From the NCBI GenBank assembly GCA_009780345.1, contig WRAG01000001.1:7267-71266 (forward strand): a stretch of DNA of 64,000 bases, in the 5' to 3' direction. Position numbers and translations under genes: made by a program. Shown in pieces: positions 9,820-18,160 of the stretch. Source of the DNA: Oscillospiraceae bacterium (GTDB taxonomy: Bacteria > Bacillota > Clostridia > Monoglobales > WRAG01). Numbering within the stretch: position 1 is the stretch's first letter; each line of letters begins with the position of its first letter. Below the pieces are notes generated by a model. It had not been told where the DNA came from and did no database searches. It was given only the letters and a program-made list of their open reading frames with translations.

Positions 9820-10659
9820 ATGTTCGACAACATCAAAGGACAGGAAAAAGCCAAAGAATTACTGACGCGCGCGTTGAACGACGGAAAAGTCGGGCACGCT
9901 TATATTTTCGAGGGCGCGAGCGGAACCGGAAAGCTTGATATGGCGCTTGCGTTCGCCGCCGCGATTACGGGGGTAGACGATGTAACTTCCAGCCCCGATA
10001 TACGCATTATCACCAACGAATTATACGACTCATCGAAAGCGGAGCAGAAGCAGTTGTCGGTCGATACCGTGCGGCACATGAAAGCGGAGGTTTATATCAA
10101 ACCATACGGCGAGCGGAAAGTTTATATTATCCCAAACGCGGACACGAAAACGACCGCGTCGGCGTTTATAGCGATGCAAAACAGCTTGCTGAAAGTGTTT
10201 GAAGAGCCGCCGGGATATTGTACCATAATACTTCTTGCCGAGAACGCGAACATGTTTTTGCCGACAATTTTGTCCCGCGCGGTGGTTATAAAATTTTCGC
10301 CTCTTGACAAAGATGAATATATGCGGTATCTTTTAACTGATGAAGGCGTTTCAACTCTGCGTGAGGATACGATAAAATATATGGGGCAACTGATGGGCGG
10401 AAGTTACGCCGCGGCATACGATTTTATTGCGTATGCAAAGAAGAATAAGAAGAGCAGCGGTGCGATTCTTGAAATTATAGGCTTATATTTGAACGATTTG
10501 CTTCATGAACGGAAGATAGACGCACAAACGGCGGTCGGAATGCTTGATGTATACTTGAAATATCACAAAATGATCGCCGCGAACGGGAATTATAACGCGT
10601 GTATTGAATGTATGCTGTTAGGAATTTTAGATGAAGTTAAGCAAAACTACAATAAATAA
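9820..10659 (+). CDS. holB: DNA polymerase III subunit delta prime
   Basis: GHAYIFEGASGTGK... and SRAVVIKF motifs. The holB-ricT order is typical of Firmicutes. Confidence 0.85.
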   Translation: MFDNIKGQEKAKELLTRALNDGKVGHAYIFEGASGTGKLDMALAFAAAITGVDDVTSSPDIRIITNELYDSSKAEQKQLSVDTVRHMKAEVYIKPYGERKVYIIPNADTKTTASAFIAMQNSLLKVFEEPPGYCTIILLAENANMFLPTILSRAVVIKFSPLDKDEYMRYLLTDEGVSTLREDTIKYMGQLMGGSYAAAYDFIAYAKKNKKSSGAILEIIGLYLNDLLHERKIDAQTAVGMLDVYLKYHKMIAANGNYNACIECMLLGILDEVKQNYNK

Positions 10660-10667
10660 GTTTTCGC

Positions 10668-10753
10668 AAAATTGAGTGCAGTTTGGGTTTTGGACTGATT
10701 GCCGCGTATCTTGTATACGCAAGTGAGGGAAAAACCCGAAATGTGCCAATTTT
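10668..10753 (-). repeat. Family B repeat, short form, inverted orientation
   Basis: AAAATTGAGTGCAGTTTGGGTTTT...CCGCGTATCTTGTATACGCAAGTGAGGG...CGAAATGTGCCAATTTT. Mirror image of the forward copies at 45303 and 53527. Confidence 0.8.
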
Positions 10754-10781
10754 ATGAAAACACTAGGAAAGAGGAAAAAAC

Positions 10782-11642
10782 ATGGAGATTATTGGGGTGC
10801 GCTTTAATAAGGCGGGGAAAGTTTATTACTTCACGCCGAAAGGCGAGCAGTTTAAAACCGGTGATAAGGCGGTTGTTGAAACAACGCGCGGGCTTGAAAT
10901 GGGGAACGTTGTGTTCGGAAACAAATCGACCGACGGTATGAAGATTGAAAAGCAACTTAAGTCGGTTACGCGAAAGGCGACGGCGGAAGACATTTCAAAA
11001 TCCGAACATTTTAAGAAAAAGGAAGCCGAAACGTTTAAAACCGCGTCGGAGAAGATCGCCGAGCATAATCTTGAAATGAAACTTGTCGATGTGGAATATA
11101 CATTTGACGGTTCGAAAATCTTGTTTTACTTTACCGCCGAGGGGCGAGTTGACTTCCGTGAACTTGTGCGAACCCTTGCGGGTGTGTTCCGTACGCGGAT
11201 CGAATTCCGCCAAATCGGGGTTCGCGACGAATCCAAGCATATGGGCGGCTACGGCGTATGCGGACGGAACTTGTGCTGCTCGTCTTTCCTTGACGAATTC
11301 CATCCCGTTTCCATCAAAATGGCGAAAGAGCAGGGGCTAAGCCTTAACCCCGTAAAAATTTCCGGCGTTTGCGGGCGGCTTATGTGCTGCTTGCAGTACG
11401 AGCATGAAGTGTATGAGGAATTGTTGAAAGTTACGCCGAATTTCGGTTCGATTGTGAAAACTCCTGACGGTGAGGGAATGGTTGTCGATGTGCAAGTCTT
11501 AAAGGGTATGGTTCGAGTGAAGTTTGTTGACGGCGATGCGGTGTCGTTTAAACCTTATGAGATAAAGGATTTGAAAGTTATCAAAAGAGGCGCGGTCAAA
11601 AAAGAGAAACCCGAAAAGGTTGATAAGAAAAATTCAGATTAA
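10782..11642 (+). CDS. ricT: PSP1-domain protein RicT/YaaT (stage 0 sporulation protein-like)
   Basis: GCGRNLCCSSFL...CGRLMCCLQYE cysteine motifs of the PSP1/YaaT family. Located downstream of holB. Confidence 0.9.
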   Translation: MEIIGVRFNKAGKVYYFTPKGEQFKTGDKAVVETTRGLEMGNVVFGNKSTDGMKIEKQLKSVTRKATAEDISKSEHFKKKEAETFKTASEKIAEHNLEMKLVDVEYTFDGSKILFYFTAEGRVDFRELVRTLAGVFRTRIEFRQIGVRDESKHMGGYGVCGRNLCCSSFLDEFHPVSIKMAKEQGLSLNPVKISGVCGRLMCCLQYEHEVYEELLKVTPNFGSIVKTPDGEGMVVDVQVLKGMVRVKFVDGDAVSFKPYEIKDLKVIKRGAVKKEKPEKVDKKNSD

Positions 11643-11719
11643 GTGTTGACAGCTGTTGAATTTTAGTATAAAATGAAGATAACGAATTATATTTAAGATA
11701 CGAGGAGGTTGTGACGAAA

Positions 11720-11887
11720 ATGGCATATACAATTAACGATGATTGCATCAGCTGTGGCGTGTGCGAACCTACATGCCCGACTGACGCTATATCTGCAGGT
11801 GACAGCATATATCAAATCGACGCTGAAAAGTGCATAGACTGTGGAGTTTGCGCTCCGGCTTGCCCGGTTGACGCGATAAAAGCGTAA
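11720..11887 (+). CDS. fdx: Clostridial-type 2x[4Fe-4S] ferredoxin (55 aa)
   Basis: Hand translation: [55 protein letters not shown]. Two CxxCxxCxxxCP motifs and a GAGGAGG RBS. Below the ORF-track cutoff. Confidence 0.9.
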   Translation: MAYTINDDCISCGVCEPTCPTDAISAGDSIYQIDAEKCIDCGVCAPACPVDAIKA

Positions 11888-11925
11888 TAAAAGGGTAAGT
11901 CCGTTAGGGCTTGCCTTTTTTGTAT

Positions 11926-12452
11926 GTTTTTGCCGCCTGCGGCGGCGGGCTTAAAACTTTTTCAGCGAAGTCGCTGTAGCATTTGCGCTTGTCAGCGCAG
12001 GACGACAAGGGTGTGTTGACACCCTTGTCAAGCCCCAAAAATTTTTTAACAAAAAATTTAGTAAAACTGGCGGCGCAAACGCGCTATGGCGCTATTAAAA
12101 GCGCGCCGCTTATTGAGGACTGCAAACAATATCCTCTCAACGAAGTATCTACGGCGGCAAAAGCCGCATGCTCGACTGAAACGGCGTTTTATCTTGCTAG
12201 TCTTTCCGCGAATGCGGTTCGCTAACCCTGTTTTTTCGTCGCCGGCTTTGGCGTTTGTGTCCATAGGCGACCGGGATTGGCAAGGGCAGAGCCCTTGTCG
12301 CCCGTCCGGCAGGACACACGCCCTCGGGACGGATCCGAAAAAGCACGCGCCCGCAGGCGCAAAAGCCTGCCGTCGCAGCGGCAAAAATGGGTTTTAGGGC
12401 AGCGTCCTACATCCCCGCGCCGTGGCGCAAAAACTAGGCCAAAGCCCTAAAG
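11926..12452 (+). repeat. Family C long composite palindromic repeat, copy C2
   Basis: Colinear with C3 (inverted) and C4 over several hundred nt (…GACAAGGGTGTGTTGACACCCTTGTC…GGCGGCAAAAGCCGC…GGCGACCGGGATTGGCAAGGGCAGAGCCCTTGTCGCC…). Ends in GCCCTAAAGGAGC, which provides the next gene's RBS. Confidence 0.85.
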
Positions 12453-12463
12453 GAGCAAATCAC

Positions 12464-13276
12464 ATGAAAGTATACGCCTTAGTCGGCGCGAGCGGAACCG
12501 GCAAAAGTCATCACAGCATGTTTGCCGCCAAGCAATTGGGCGCGGAATGTATGATTGATGACGGTCTTCTAATCGCCAATCATCAAATTGTCGCGGGAAA
12601 ATCCGCCAAACAAGAGCCGACCAAGATGGCGTCGGTTCGCCGCGCTATATTTTCAAGTCAAACTCACCGTGACGAAGTGCGCCTTGCGATTGAAAAACAT
12701 AAATTTCGGTCTATTCTAATTATCGGAACGTCGGACAGAATGGTTTCGCAAATCGCGAGCGGTATCGGAGTCGGCGAAATTGACGAAATCATCCGAATCG
12801 AAGATATCCGAACCGAAGATGAGATCGAGCGGGCAAAAAATATTAGGTTTAAGCAGGGAAAGCACGTAATTCCCGTTCCAACTTTCGAGGTGAAGAAGCA
12901 TTTTTCGGGATATTTTATGCACCCGCTCGCGATGTTGAGCAAAAACAAATCTACTTATCGAGTGGAAGAAAAAACGGTAATGCGCCCGACTTACAGCTAT
13001 CTCGGGCATTTCGAGATCTCGGATAAGGCGATTATCGACATCTGCGCGTATAAAGCGCGGCAGAATTCGGAAATTACACGAGTTTTAAGGGTTGGCGTCC
13101 ATATGCTCAGCGATAAAAGCGTCGTGATTGACGTTGACGTTGTAATGAAATTTCCGAATAAGATTCATATTGTGGGGCGAGAGCTTGCGGATGTAATCCG
13201 CACCGATGTGGAGGAGCATACTTCCATCAATGTTAGAAAAATCAGAATAAACGTAAAGGGACTGCGGTTTGAGTGA
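12464..13276 (+). CDS. P-loop NTPase fused to a C-terminal Asp23/Gls24-like domain
   Basis: N-terminal Walker A VGASGTGKSH. The C-terminal ~110 aa follow the Asp23 pattern (ISDKAIIDICAYKA...VIDVDVVMKFPNKIHIVGRELADVIRTDVEEHTSINVRKIRINVKGL). Start set at ATG 12464 after AAAGGAGC. Confidence 0.8.
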   Translation: MKVYALVGASGTGKSHHSMFAAKQLGAECMIDDGLLIANHQIVAGKSAKQEPTKMASVRRAIFSSQTHRDEVRLAIEKHKFRSILIIGTSDRMVSQIASGIGVGEIDEIIRIEDIRTEDEIERAKNIRFKQGKHVIPVPTFEVKKHFSGYFMHPLAMLSKNKSTYRVEEKTVMRPTYSYLGHFEISDKAIIDICAYKARQNSEITRVLRVGVHMLSDKSVVIDVDVVMKFPNKIHIVGRELADVIRTDVEEHTSINVRKIRINVKGLRFE

Positions 13277-13390
13277 AATCACGCAATCTTCCGCCGAAAC
13301 TTCGCCTGCAAAAAGTCCTCAACGTATAGCCCATACGCCTGCGGCTTTTCGAGGCTCGTTTCGACGAAATATTACGCAATTTGACACAAA
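13268..13390 (+). repeat. Family A repeat (A1 core), forward
   Basis: TTTGAGTGAAATCACGCAAT...GTCCTCAACGTATAGCCCATACGCCTGCGG...TTACGCAATTTGACACAAA. The left end contains the upstream gene's last codons and its TGA stop. Confidence 0.9.
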
Positions 13391-13404
13391 CCGGAGGAAT
13401 AAAA

Positions 13405-14235
13405 ATGGTAGAAATTGATTTAGGATTTGCGCCGAATTTGGAGCATATTTTCGAGTGCGGGCAGTGCTTTCGCTGGAATATGCAGCCGGACGGCTCGTAT
13501 ATCGGAGTTGCCGGCGGCGAAGCGGTTCGCGCAAGCGTATGCGGAAGCAAACTAACGTTAGACGGCACCGATAACACCGAATTTTGGTCGAACTACTTTG
13601 ATACGGCGTTCGATTACGAGGGCGCGAAAACCAAGTTCAGCAAAGATAAAATTTTGAAAAAATGTATCGAATACGGTTATGGAATCAGAATTTTGCGGCA
13701 AGATTTGTTTGAGACGATTATTTCCTTTATTATTTCAGCGAATAATAATATTCCAAGGATTAAAAAGATTATCGAAAATTTATGCCGCATTTGCGGCGAG
13801 AGAATTGAGTTTGATGGTAATGAATACTACACTTTCCCGACGGCGGAGGCGATTGTAAACGCGGGTTTAGAGAAACTTTCGACAATTCATGCCGGTTATA
13901 GGGATAAGTACATACTTGGCGCGGCGCAAGCGGTGCTGAATGGAGATGTAAACTTAAATGAAATTGTCGCGCTTCCTACCGACGCGGCACGACGGGAATT
14001 ATTGAAAATTATCGGAGTTGGCCCGAAAGTCGCGGATTGCGTTTTGCTGTTTGGAATGTCACGGTTTGACGTGTTTCCGTCCGACGTTTGGATTAAGCGG
14101 ATTTTGGATGAGGCGTATAACGTTCCGCCGAAAGAAATTTGTGAATTTGCGGAGAATAAGTTCGGCAAGTATCGCGGATTGGCGCAGCAGTACCTATTCT
14201 ACTACTATCGAGATAATATGAAAAAGCTTGCGTAA
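13405..14235 (+). CDS. ogg: 8-oxoguanine DNA glycosylase / HhH-GPD family (Ogg-type)
   Basis: CGQCFRW near the N-terminus, ISANNNIPRIKKII, HhH-GPD GVGPKVADCVLLFG...FPSDVWIKRI. ATG 13405 follows GGAGG. Confidence 0.85.
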   Translation: MVEIDLGFAPNLEHIFECGQCFRWNMQPDGSYIGVAGGEAVRASVCGSKLTLDGTDNTEFWSNYFDTAFDYEGAKTKFSKDKILKKCIEYGYGIRILRQDLFETIISFIISANNNIPRIKKIIENLCRICGERIEFDGNEYYTFPTAEAIVNAGLEKLSTIHAGYRDKYILGAAQAVLNGDVNLNEIVALPTDAARRELLKIIGVGPKVADCVLLFGMSRFDVFPSDVWIKRILDEAYNVPPKEICEFAENKFGKYRGLAQQYLFYYYRDNMKKLA

Positions 14236-14278
14236 AAATTATTTGAGTAATTTATAAAAACATATATATCATAAATAA

Positions 14279-14383
14279 ATTTGCATCAAATTGCGTGAGG
14301 TTTTGCAGAAAACGCACGGGAGCGTGTATATAAGATACCCGACCGGGCGTTTTCGGCGAAAGATTGCGTAATTTCATGCAAAT
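14279..14383 (-). repeat. Family A repeat (A2 core), inverted
   Basis: TTTGCATCAAATTGCGTGAGG...GGGAGCGTGTATATAAGATACCCGACC...TTGCGTAATTTCATGCAAA. Confidence 0.85.
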
Positions 14384-14404
14384 ACCAAAGGAGAGGTATA
14401 AATT

Positions 14405-15256
14405 ATGTTAGTTACTGGTAATGAGATACTACAACACGCGCATAAGAATAGGTATGCGGCACCCGCGTTTAACGTGGTAAACATGGAAATGCTTCAAGCG
14501 GTAATCGCCGCGGCGGAAGCGGAGAAAGCGCCGGTTTTGGTGCAAACTACCGAGGGCGCGCTGAAGTACGCGGGAATCAAATATTTAAGTTTGATGATTC
14601 GCTATGCGGCGGAGAACGCGAAAGTTCCGGTTGCGTTTCACTTAGATCATGGAACGACTTTCGAGACGGCGATTCAATGTGTTCGCAACGGTTGGACATC
14701 GGTTATGATTGACGGATCGCACCATTCGTTGGAGGAAAATATCGCGTTGACAAAAAGTGTGACAAAAGTTGCGCACGCTTGCGGAGTGTCGGTTGAGGCG
14801 GAACTTGGACGACTTGGCGGCGTTGAGGATAATATCGTCGTTGACGAGAAAGACGCAATGCACACCAATCCTGCCGAGGCAAAGCAGTTTGTCGCTGAAA
14901 CTAAGGTGGATTATCTTGCAATCGCTATCGGAACGGCGCACGGAAAGTATAATGGAGTTCCGAAACTTGACTTTGACAGACTTGATACGATTAAGAAAAT
15001 GCTTGATATGCCGATCGTTCTTCACGGCGCGTCGGGTGTCGCGGAAGATGATATCAAAAAAGCGATCTCGCTTGGAGTTAACAAAATCAATATCGACACA
15101 GATTTGCGGGTTGCGTTTACCGACGCGGTAAAAGACGTGTTCGCTAAAACGCCGGACGAATTTGACTTGCGCAAAATTTGCGGCCCCGGTCGGGACGCGG
15201 TAAAAGAAGTTGTCGCGGCGAAAATGAGGTTATTTGGGGCGTCTAATAAAGCATAA
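14405..15256 (+). CDS. fba: Class II fructose-1,6-bisphosphate aldolase
   Basis: YAAPAFNVVNME...HLDHG...MIDGSH...AIGTAHG...LHGASG motifs. Confidence 0.95.
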   Translation: MLVTGNEILQHAHKNRYAAPAFNVVNMEMLQAVIAAAEAEKAPVLVQTTEGALKYAGIKYLSLMIRYAAENAKVPVAFHLDHGTTFETAIQCVRNGWTSVMIDGSHHSLEENIALTKSVTKVAHACGVSVEAELGRLGGVEDNIVVDEKDAMHTNPAEAKQFVAETKVDYLAIAIGTAHGKYNGVPKLDFDRLDTIKKMLDMPIVLHGASGVAEDDIKKAISLGVNKINIDTDLRVAFTDAVKDVFAKTPDEFDLRKICGPGRDAVKEVVAAKMRLFGASNKA

Positions 15257-15826
15257 ATGTTTTTGAGCCGCCACGGCGGCGGGTTTTTAGGGCTTTGCCC
15301 TAAAAACCCATTTGTTCGGGTCAGACCCAGAAGCTTGTGTCCTGCCGGACGGGCGGTAAGGGCTCTGCCCTTACCAATCCCGGTCGCCTATGGACGCAAA
15401 CGCCAAAAAGCGGCGATTTGCGCCAAAGCCGGCGACGATAAAAGCATTGGTTAGCGAACCGCGTTCGCGGAAAGACTAGCGAGATATAGCACTGTTTCGA
15501 TCGAGCATGCGGCTTTTGCCGCCGTAGTTATTTGACTAATACCGTATATGTTTGCACTATTTTAGCGGCGCGTTTACAATAGCGCGAAAGCGCGTGTGCG
15601 CTGCAAGTTTGGTAAAACTTTTTAAAGTTTTTTGGGGATTGACAAGGGTTTCAATAAACCCTTGTCGTCCTGCCCTGACAAGGGCAAAAAGCTGCAGAGC
15701 CTCGCTCTGAAAAAGGGTTTTTAGGGCATTCGCCCTAAAAAAACCCGCGCCCATTGGGCGCAAGAATTTTGATAAAACTTTTTCCAAAAGTTTTTAGGTT
15801 TTTAGGGCAAGGCCCTAAAAAAGGAG
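15257..15826 (-). repeat. Family C long composite palindromic repeat, copy C3 (inverted relative to C2/C4)
   Basis: Reverse complement is colinear with C2. Hairpins include GGGTTTTTAGGGCTTTGCCCTAAAAACCC, GACAAGGGTTTCAATAAACCCTTGTC and GCGCCCATTGGGCGC. Ends in GCCCTAAAAAAGGAGG just before ATG 15834. Confidence 0.85.
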
Positions 15827-15833
15827 GATTCCT

Positions 15834-16427
15834 ATGACATTACAAGAACTACTCGCTAACGCAAAAACCGAAAAAGAAGCAAGATACGAAATATTGCTAA
15901 AGCACATCAACAACGGCGTAAAAATTGTGGACATCGACACCACATATATTGACGCGGCGGTTGAAATCGGCGAGGGAACCACAATTTATCCCTGCACATA
16001 CATACATAAGGACGTTAAAATCGGCAAAAGTTGCTCTGTCGGGCCGTTTGCTTATATTCGCCCGGGAAGCACGATTGGCGATAATGTTAAAATCGGCGAT
16101 TTTGTTGAGGTGAAGAACGCGAATATCGGCGACGGAACGAAAATATCGCATCTTACCTATATCGGTGACGCCGACGTCGGAAAACGTGTTAACTTCGGTT
16201 GCGGAACGGTGATTGTCAACTATGACGGCAAATCGAAATATCGAAGCACCGTTGAAGATGACGCGTTTGTAGGGTGTAACACGAATTTGGTGTCGCCGGT
16301 TACTGTGAAAAAGGGCGCATACATCGCGGCGGGTTCGACTATTACAGACGAGGTTCCCGAAGGCGCGCTTGCAATCGCTCGCGAGCGGCAGATTACCAAA
16401 GAGGGCTGGATTGATAAGAGGAAGTAG
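15834..16427 (+). CDS. GlmU-like left-handed beta-helix acetyltransferase domain only (no uridyltransferase domain)
   Basis: 197 aa with hexapeptide repeats ([45 protein letters not shown]...), matching the C-terminal half of GlmU. Sits at the canonical glmU position upstream of prs. Confidence 0.75.
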   Translation: MTLQELLANAKTEKEARYEILLKHINNGVKIVDIDTTYIDAAVEIGEGTTIYPCTYIHKDVKIGKSCSVGPFAYIRPGSTIGDNVKIGDFVEVKNANIGDGTKISHLTYIGDADVGKRVNFGCGTVIVNYDGKSKYRSTVEDDAFVGCNTNLVSPVTVKKGAYIAAGSTITDEVPEGALAIARERQITKEGWIDKRK

Positions 16428-16436
16428 GAAAAGCCA

Positions 16437-17048
16437 ATGACGTTGAATCTAGAAATTATCGAATTGCTGAAAAAAGAGGGTTGCAATATCGTTGGGTTTG
16501 CAGATTTGCGGATTTTTCCCGAAGATGTGCGGAAAGGCTCGGATGTCGGCATTATAATGGGAATACCTTATACGCCGAAAGCCGTGCAAGATAAAATAAA
16601 AGATGTGAAGATTCCCCACGGTTCTTTGGAAAGATATAACGAAGCGGTTTCGTCGTTTCTAAAGGAAAAAGGATATAAAAGAAATAAAACTTACTCAAAA
16701 ATGACAATAACATACAAAATGTTGGCAGCATTGGCAGGGATCGGTTGGGTCGGCAGGTGCGCTCTTTTGACTACAAAAGATTTAGGTCCGGCGCTACGCT
16801 TTACTGCTTTGCTGACAAACGCGCCACTTGAATGCGGAACCCCGATTACAAAATCGTTGTGTCCTCCGGATTGTAGTGCGTGCGCTGACATTTGTCCGGC
16901 AAATGCGGTAAAGACAGGGTTATGGGAGCGAGGGGTTCATCGTGACGAGTTTTTCGATGTCAACGCCTGTAAAAAAGGCAGAAGTCAATGCCACGGATTG
17001 TGCATTTCAATCTGCCCGTACACTCAAAAAGGATTTGGTTATGTGTAG
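16437..17048 (+). CDS. 4Fe-4S cluster protein, epoxyqueuosine-reductase (QueG)-like
   Basis: GIGWVGRCALLTTKDLGPALRFTALLTNAPL and CPPDCSACADICP motifs. Confidence 0.65.
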   Translation: MTLNLEIIELLKKEGCNIVGFADLRIFPEDVRKGSDVGIIMGIPYTPKAVQDKIKDVKIPHGSLERYNEAVSSFLKEKGYKRNKTYSKMTITYKMLAALAGIGWVGRCALLTTKDLGPALRFTALLTNAPLECGTPITKSLCPPDCSACADICPANAVKTGLWERGVHRDEFFDVNACKKGRSQCHGLCISICPYTQKGFGYV

Positions 17049-17134
17049 GCGTATAATATGTTTTAATACGGCAGTTTTTGGTAGAGTAAATCACATAAAA
17101 AGATAATACATAAGAAAAAGGGGCGAGAAAATCC

Positions 17135-18094
17135 ATGCAAGTACACGGAAAAGACATAAAAGTTTTTTCGGGAAACGCTAACGAGCCGCTGGCTCGCAAA
17201 ATCGCAGACCGGCTTGGCGTTCCGCTGGGCGAATGCAAAGTTTCGCAGTTTAGCGATGGTGAGATAAGGCTTGATATTTACGAAACGGTGCGGGGCAGCG
17301 ATGTGTTTGTGGTGCAATCCACAAGTGAGCCGGTGAACCATAACCTTATGGAACTTTTGATTATGATTGACGCGTTTAAGCGCGCGTCGGCGGGGCGAAT
17401 TACGGCGGTAATTCCGTATTACGGCTATGCGCGGCAGGATAGAAAGGCGAAAGCGCGCGATCCAATTTCGGCGAAGTTGGTTGCCGATCTTATTACTGTC
17501 GCGGGCGCCGACCGAGTGCTTACAATGGATTTGCACGTTGCGCAGATACAAGGATTTTTCGATATGCCTGTTGATCATCTTTTGGGAATCCCGCCGATTA
17601 TCGCGCCTTACTACTCCGAGAAATTCCAAGACTCGAAAGATGAGATTGTGGTTGTGTCGCCCGACTTAGGGTCGGTTACAAGGGTTCGAAGTTTCGCCGA
17701 GCGGCTTGATATTCCTCTGGCAATAGTGGACAAACGCCGCCCGAAAGCGAATGTTTCGGAAGTTATGAATATTATCGGCGATATTCAGGATAAGAAGGTA
17801 ATTTTGGTGGACGATTTGATTGACACAGCCGGAACTATTGTGAACAGCGCGCAAGCGCTTATGGAACGCGGCGCGAAAGAGATATATGCGTGTTGTACGC
17901 ACGGAGTTTTATCCGGTCCTGCGATTGAGCGGATTGCCAAGTCGGAGATAAAGGAACTTGTTGTGCTTGACACAATTAATCTTCCGGAGACAAAGCGGAT
18001 TGATAAAATTAAGATATTATCGGTCGCGCCTGTTTTCGCCGACGCGATACAACGGATATACGACGATGTTTCGGTCAGTACGTTGTTTATATAG
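17135..18094 (+). CDS. prs: Ribose-phosphate pyrophosphokinase
   Basis: [16 protein letters not shown]...[10 protein letters not shown]...[10 protein letters not shown]...[11 protein letters not shown] motifs. Confidence 0.97.
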   Translation: MQVHGKDIKVFSGNANEPLARKIADRLGVPLGECKVSQFSDGEIRLDIYETVRGSDVFVVQSTSEPVNHNLMELLIMIDAFKRASAGRITAVIPYYGYARQDRKAKARDPISAKLVADLITVAGADRVLTMDLHVAQIQGFFDMPVDHLLGIPPIIAPYYSEKFQDSKDEIVVVSPDLGSVTRVRSFAERLDIPLAIVDKRRPKANVSEVMNIIGDIQDKKVILVDDLIDTAGTIVNSAQALMERGAKEIYACCTHGVLSGPAIERIAKSEIKELVVLDTINLPETKRIDKIKILSVAPVFADAIQRIYDDVSVSTLFI

Positions 18095-18095
18095 A

Positions 18096-18122
18096 AAAAA
18101 CCGCCTTTCGGCGGTTTTTTAT
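18096..18122. terminator. Bidirectional intrinsic terminator
   Basis: AAAAAACCGCC-TTTC-GGCGGTTTTTT between convergent prs and tex. Confidence 0.85.
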
Positions 18123-18160
18123 ATTTTAAAGCACAAAAGGCACAGACCGCAGAGCGCAAC

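Noticed and set aside
13268-13285. TTGCGTGAAATCACGCAA as a palindromic transcription-factor operator (CRP/FNR-like GTGA…TCAC).
   Set aside because: The half-site spacing (2 nt) does not fit CRP/FNR boxes. The motif is always paired with a distal inverted partner and a conserved core, and it sits after stop codons inside operons rather than at promoters. A DNA-binding protein, for example a transposase, recognising it is still possible.
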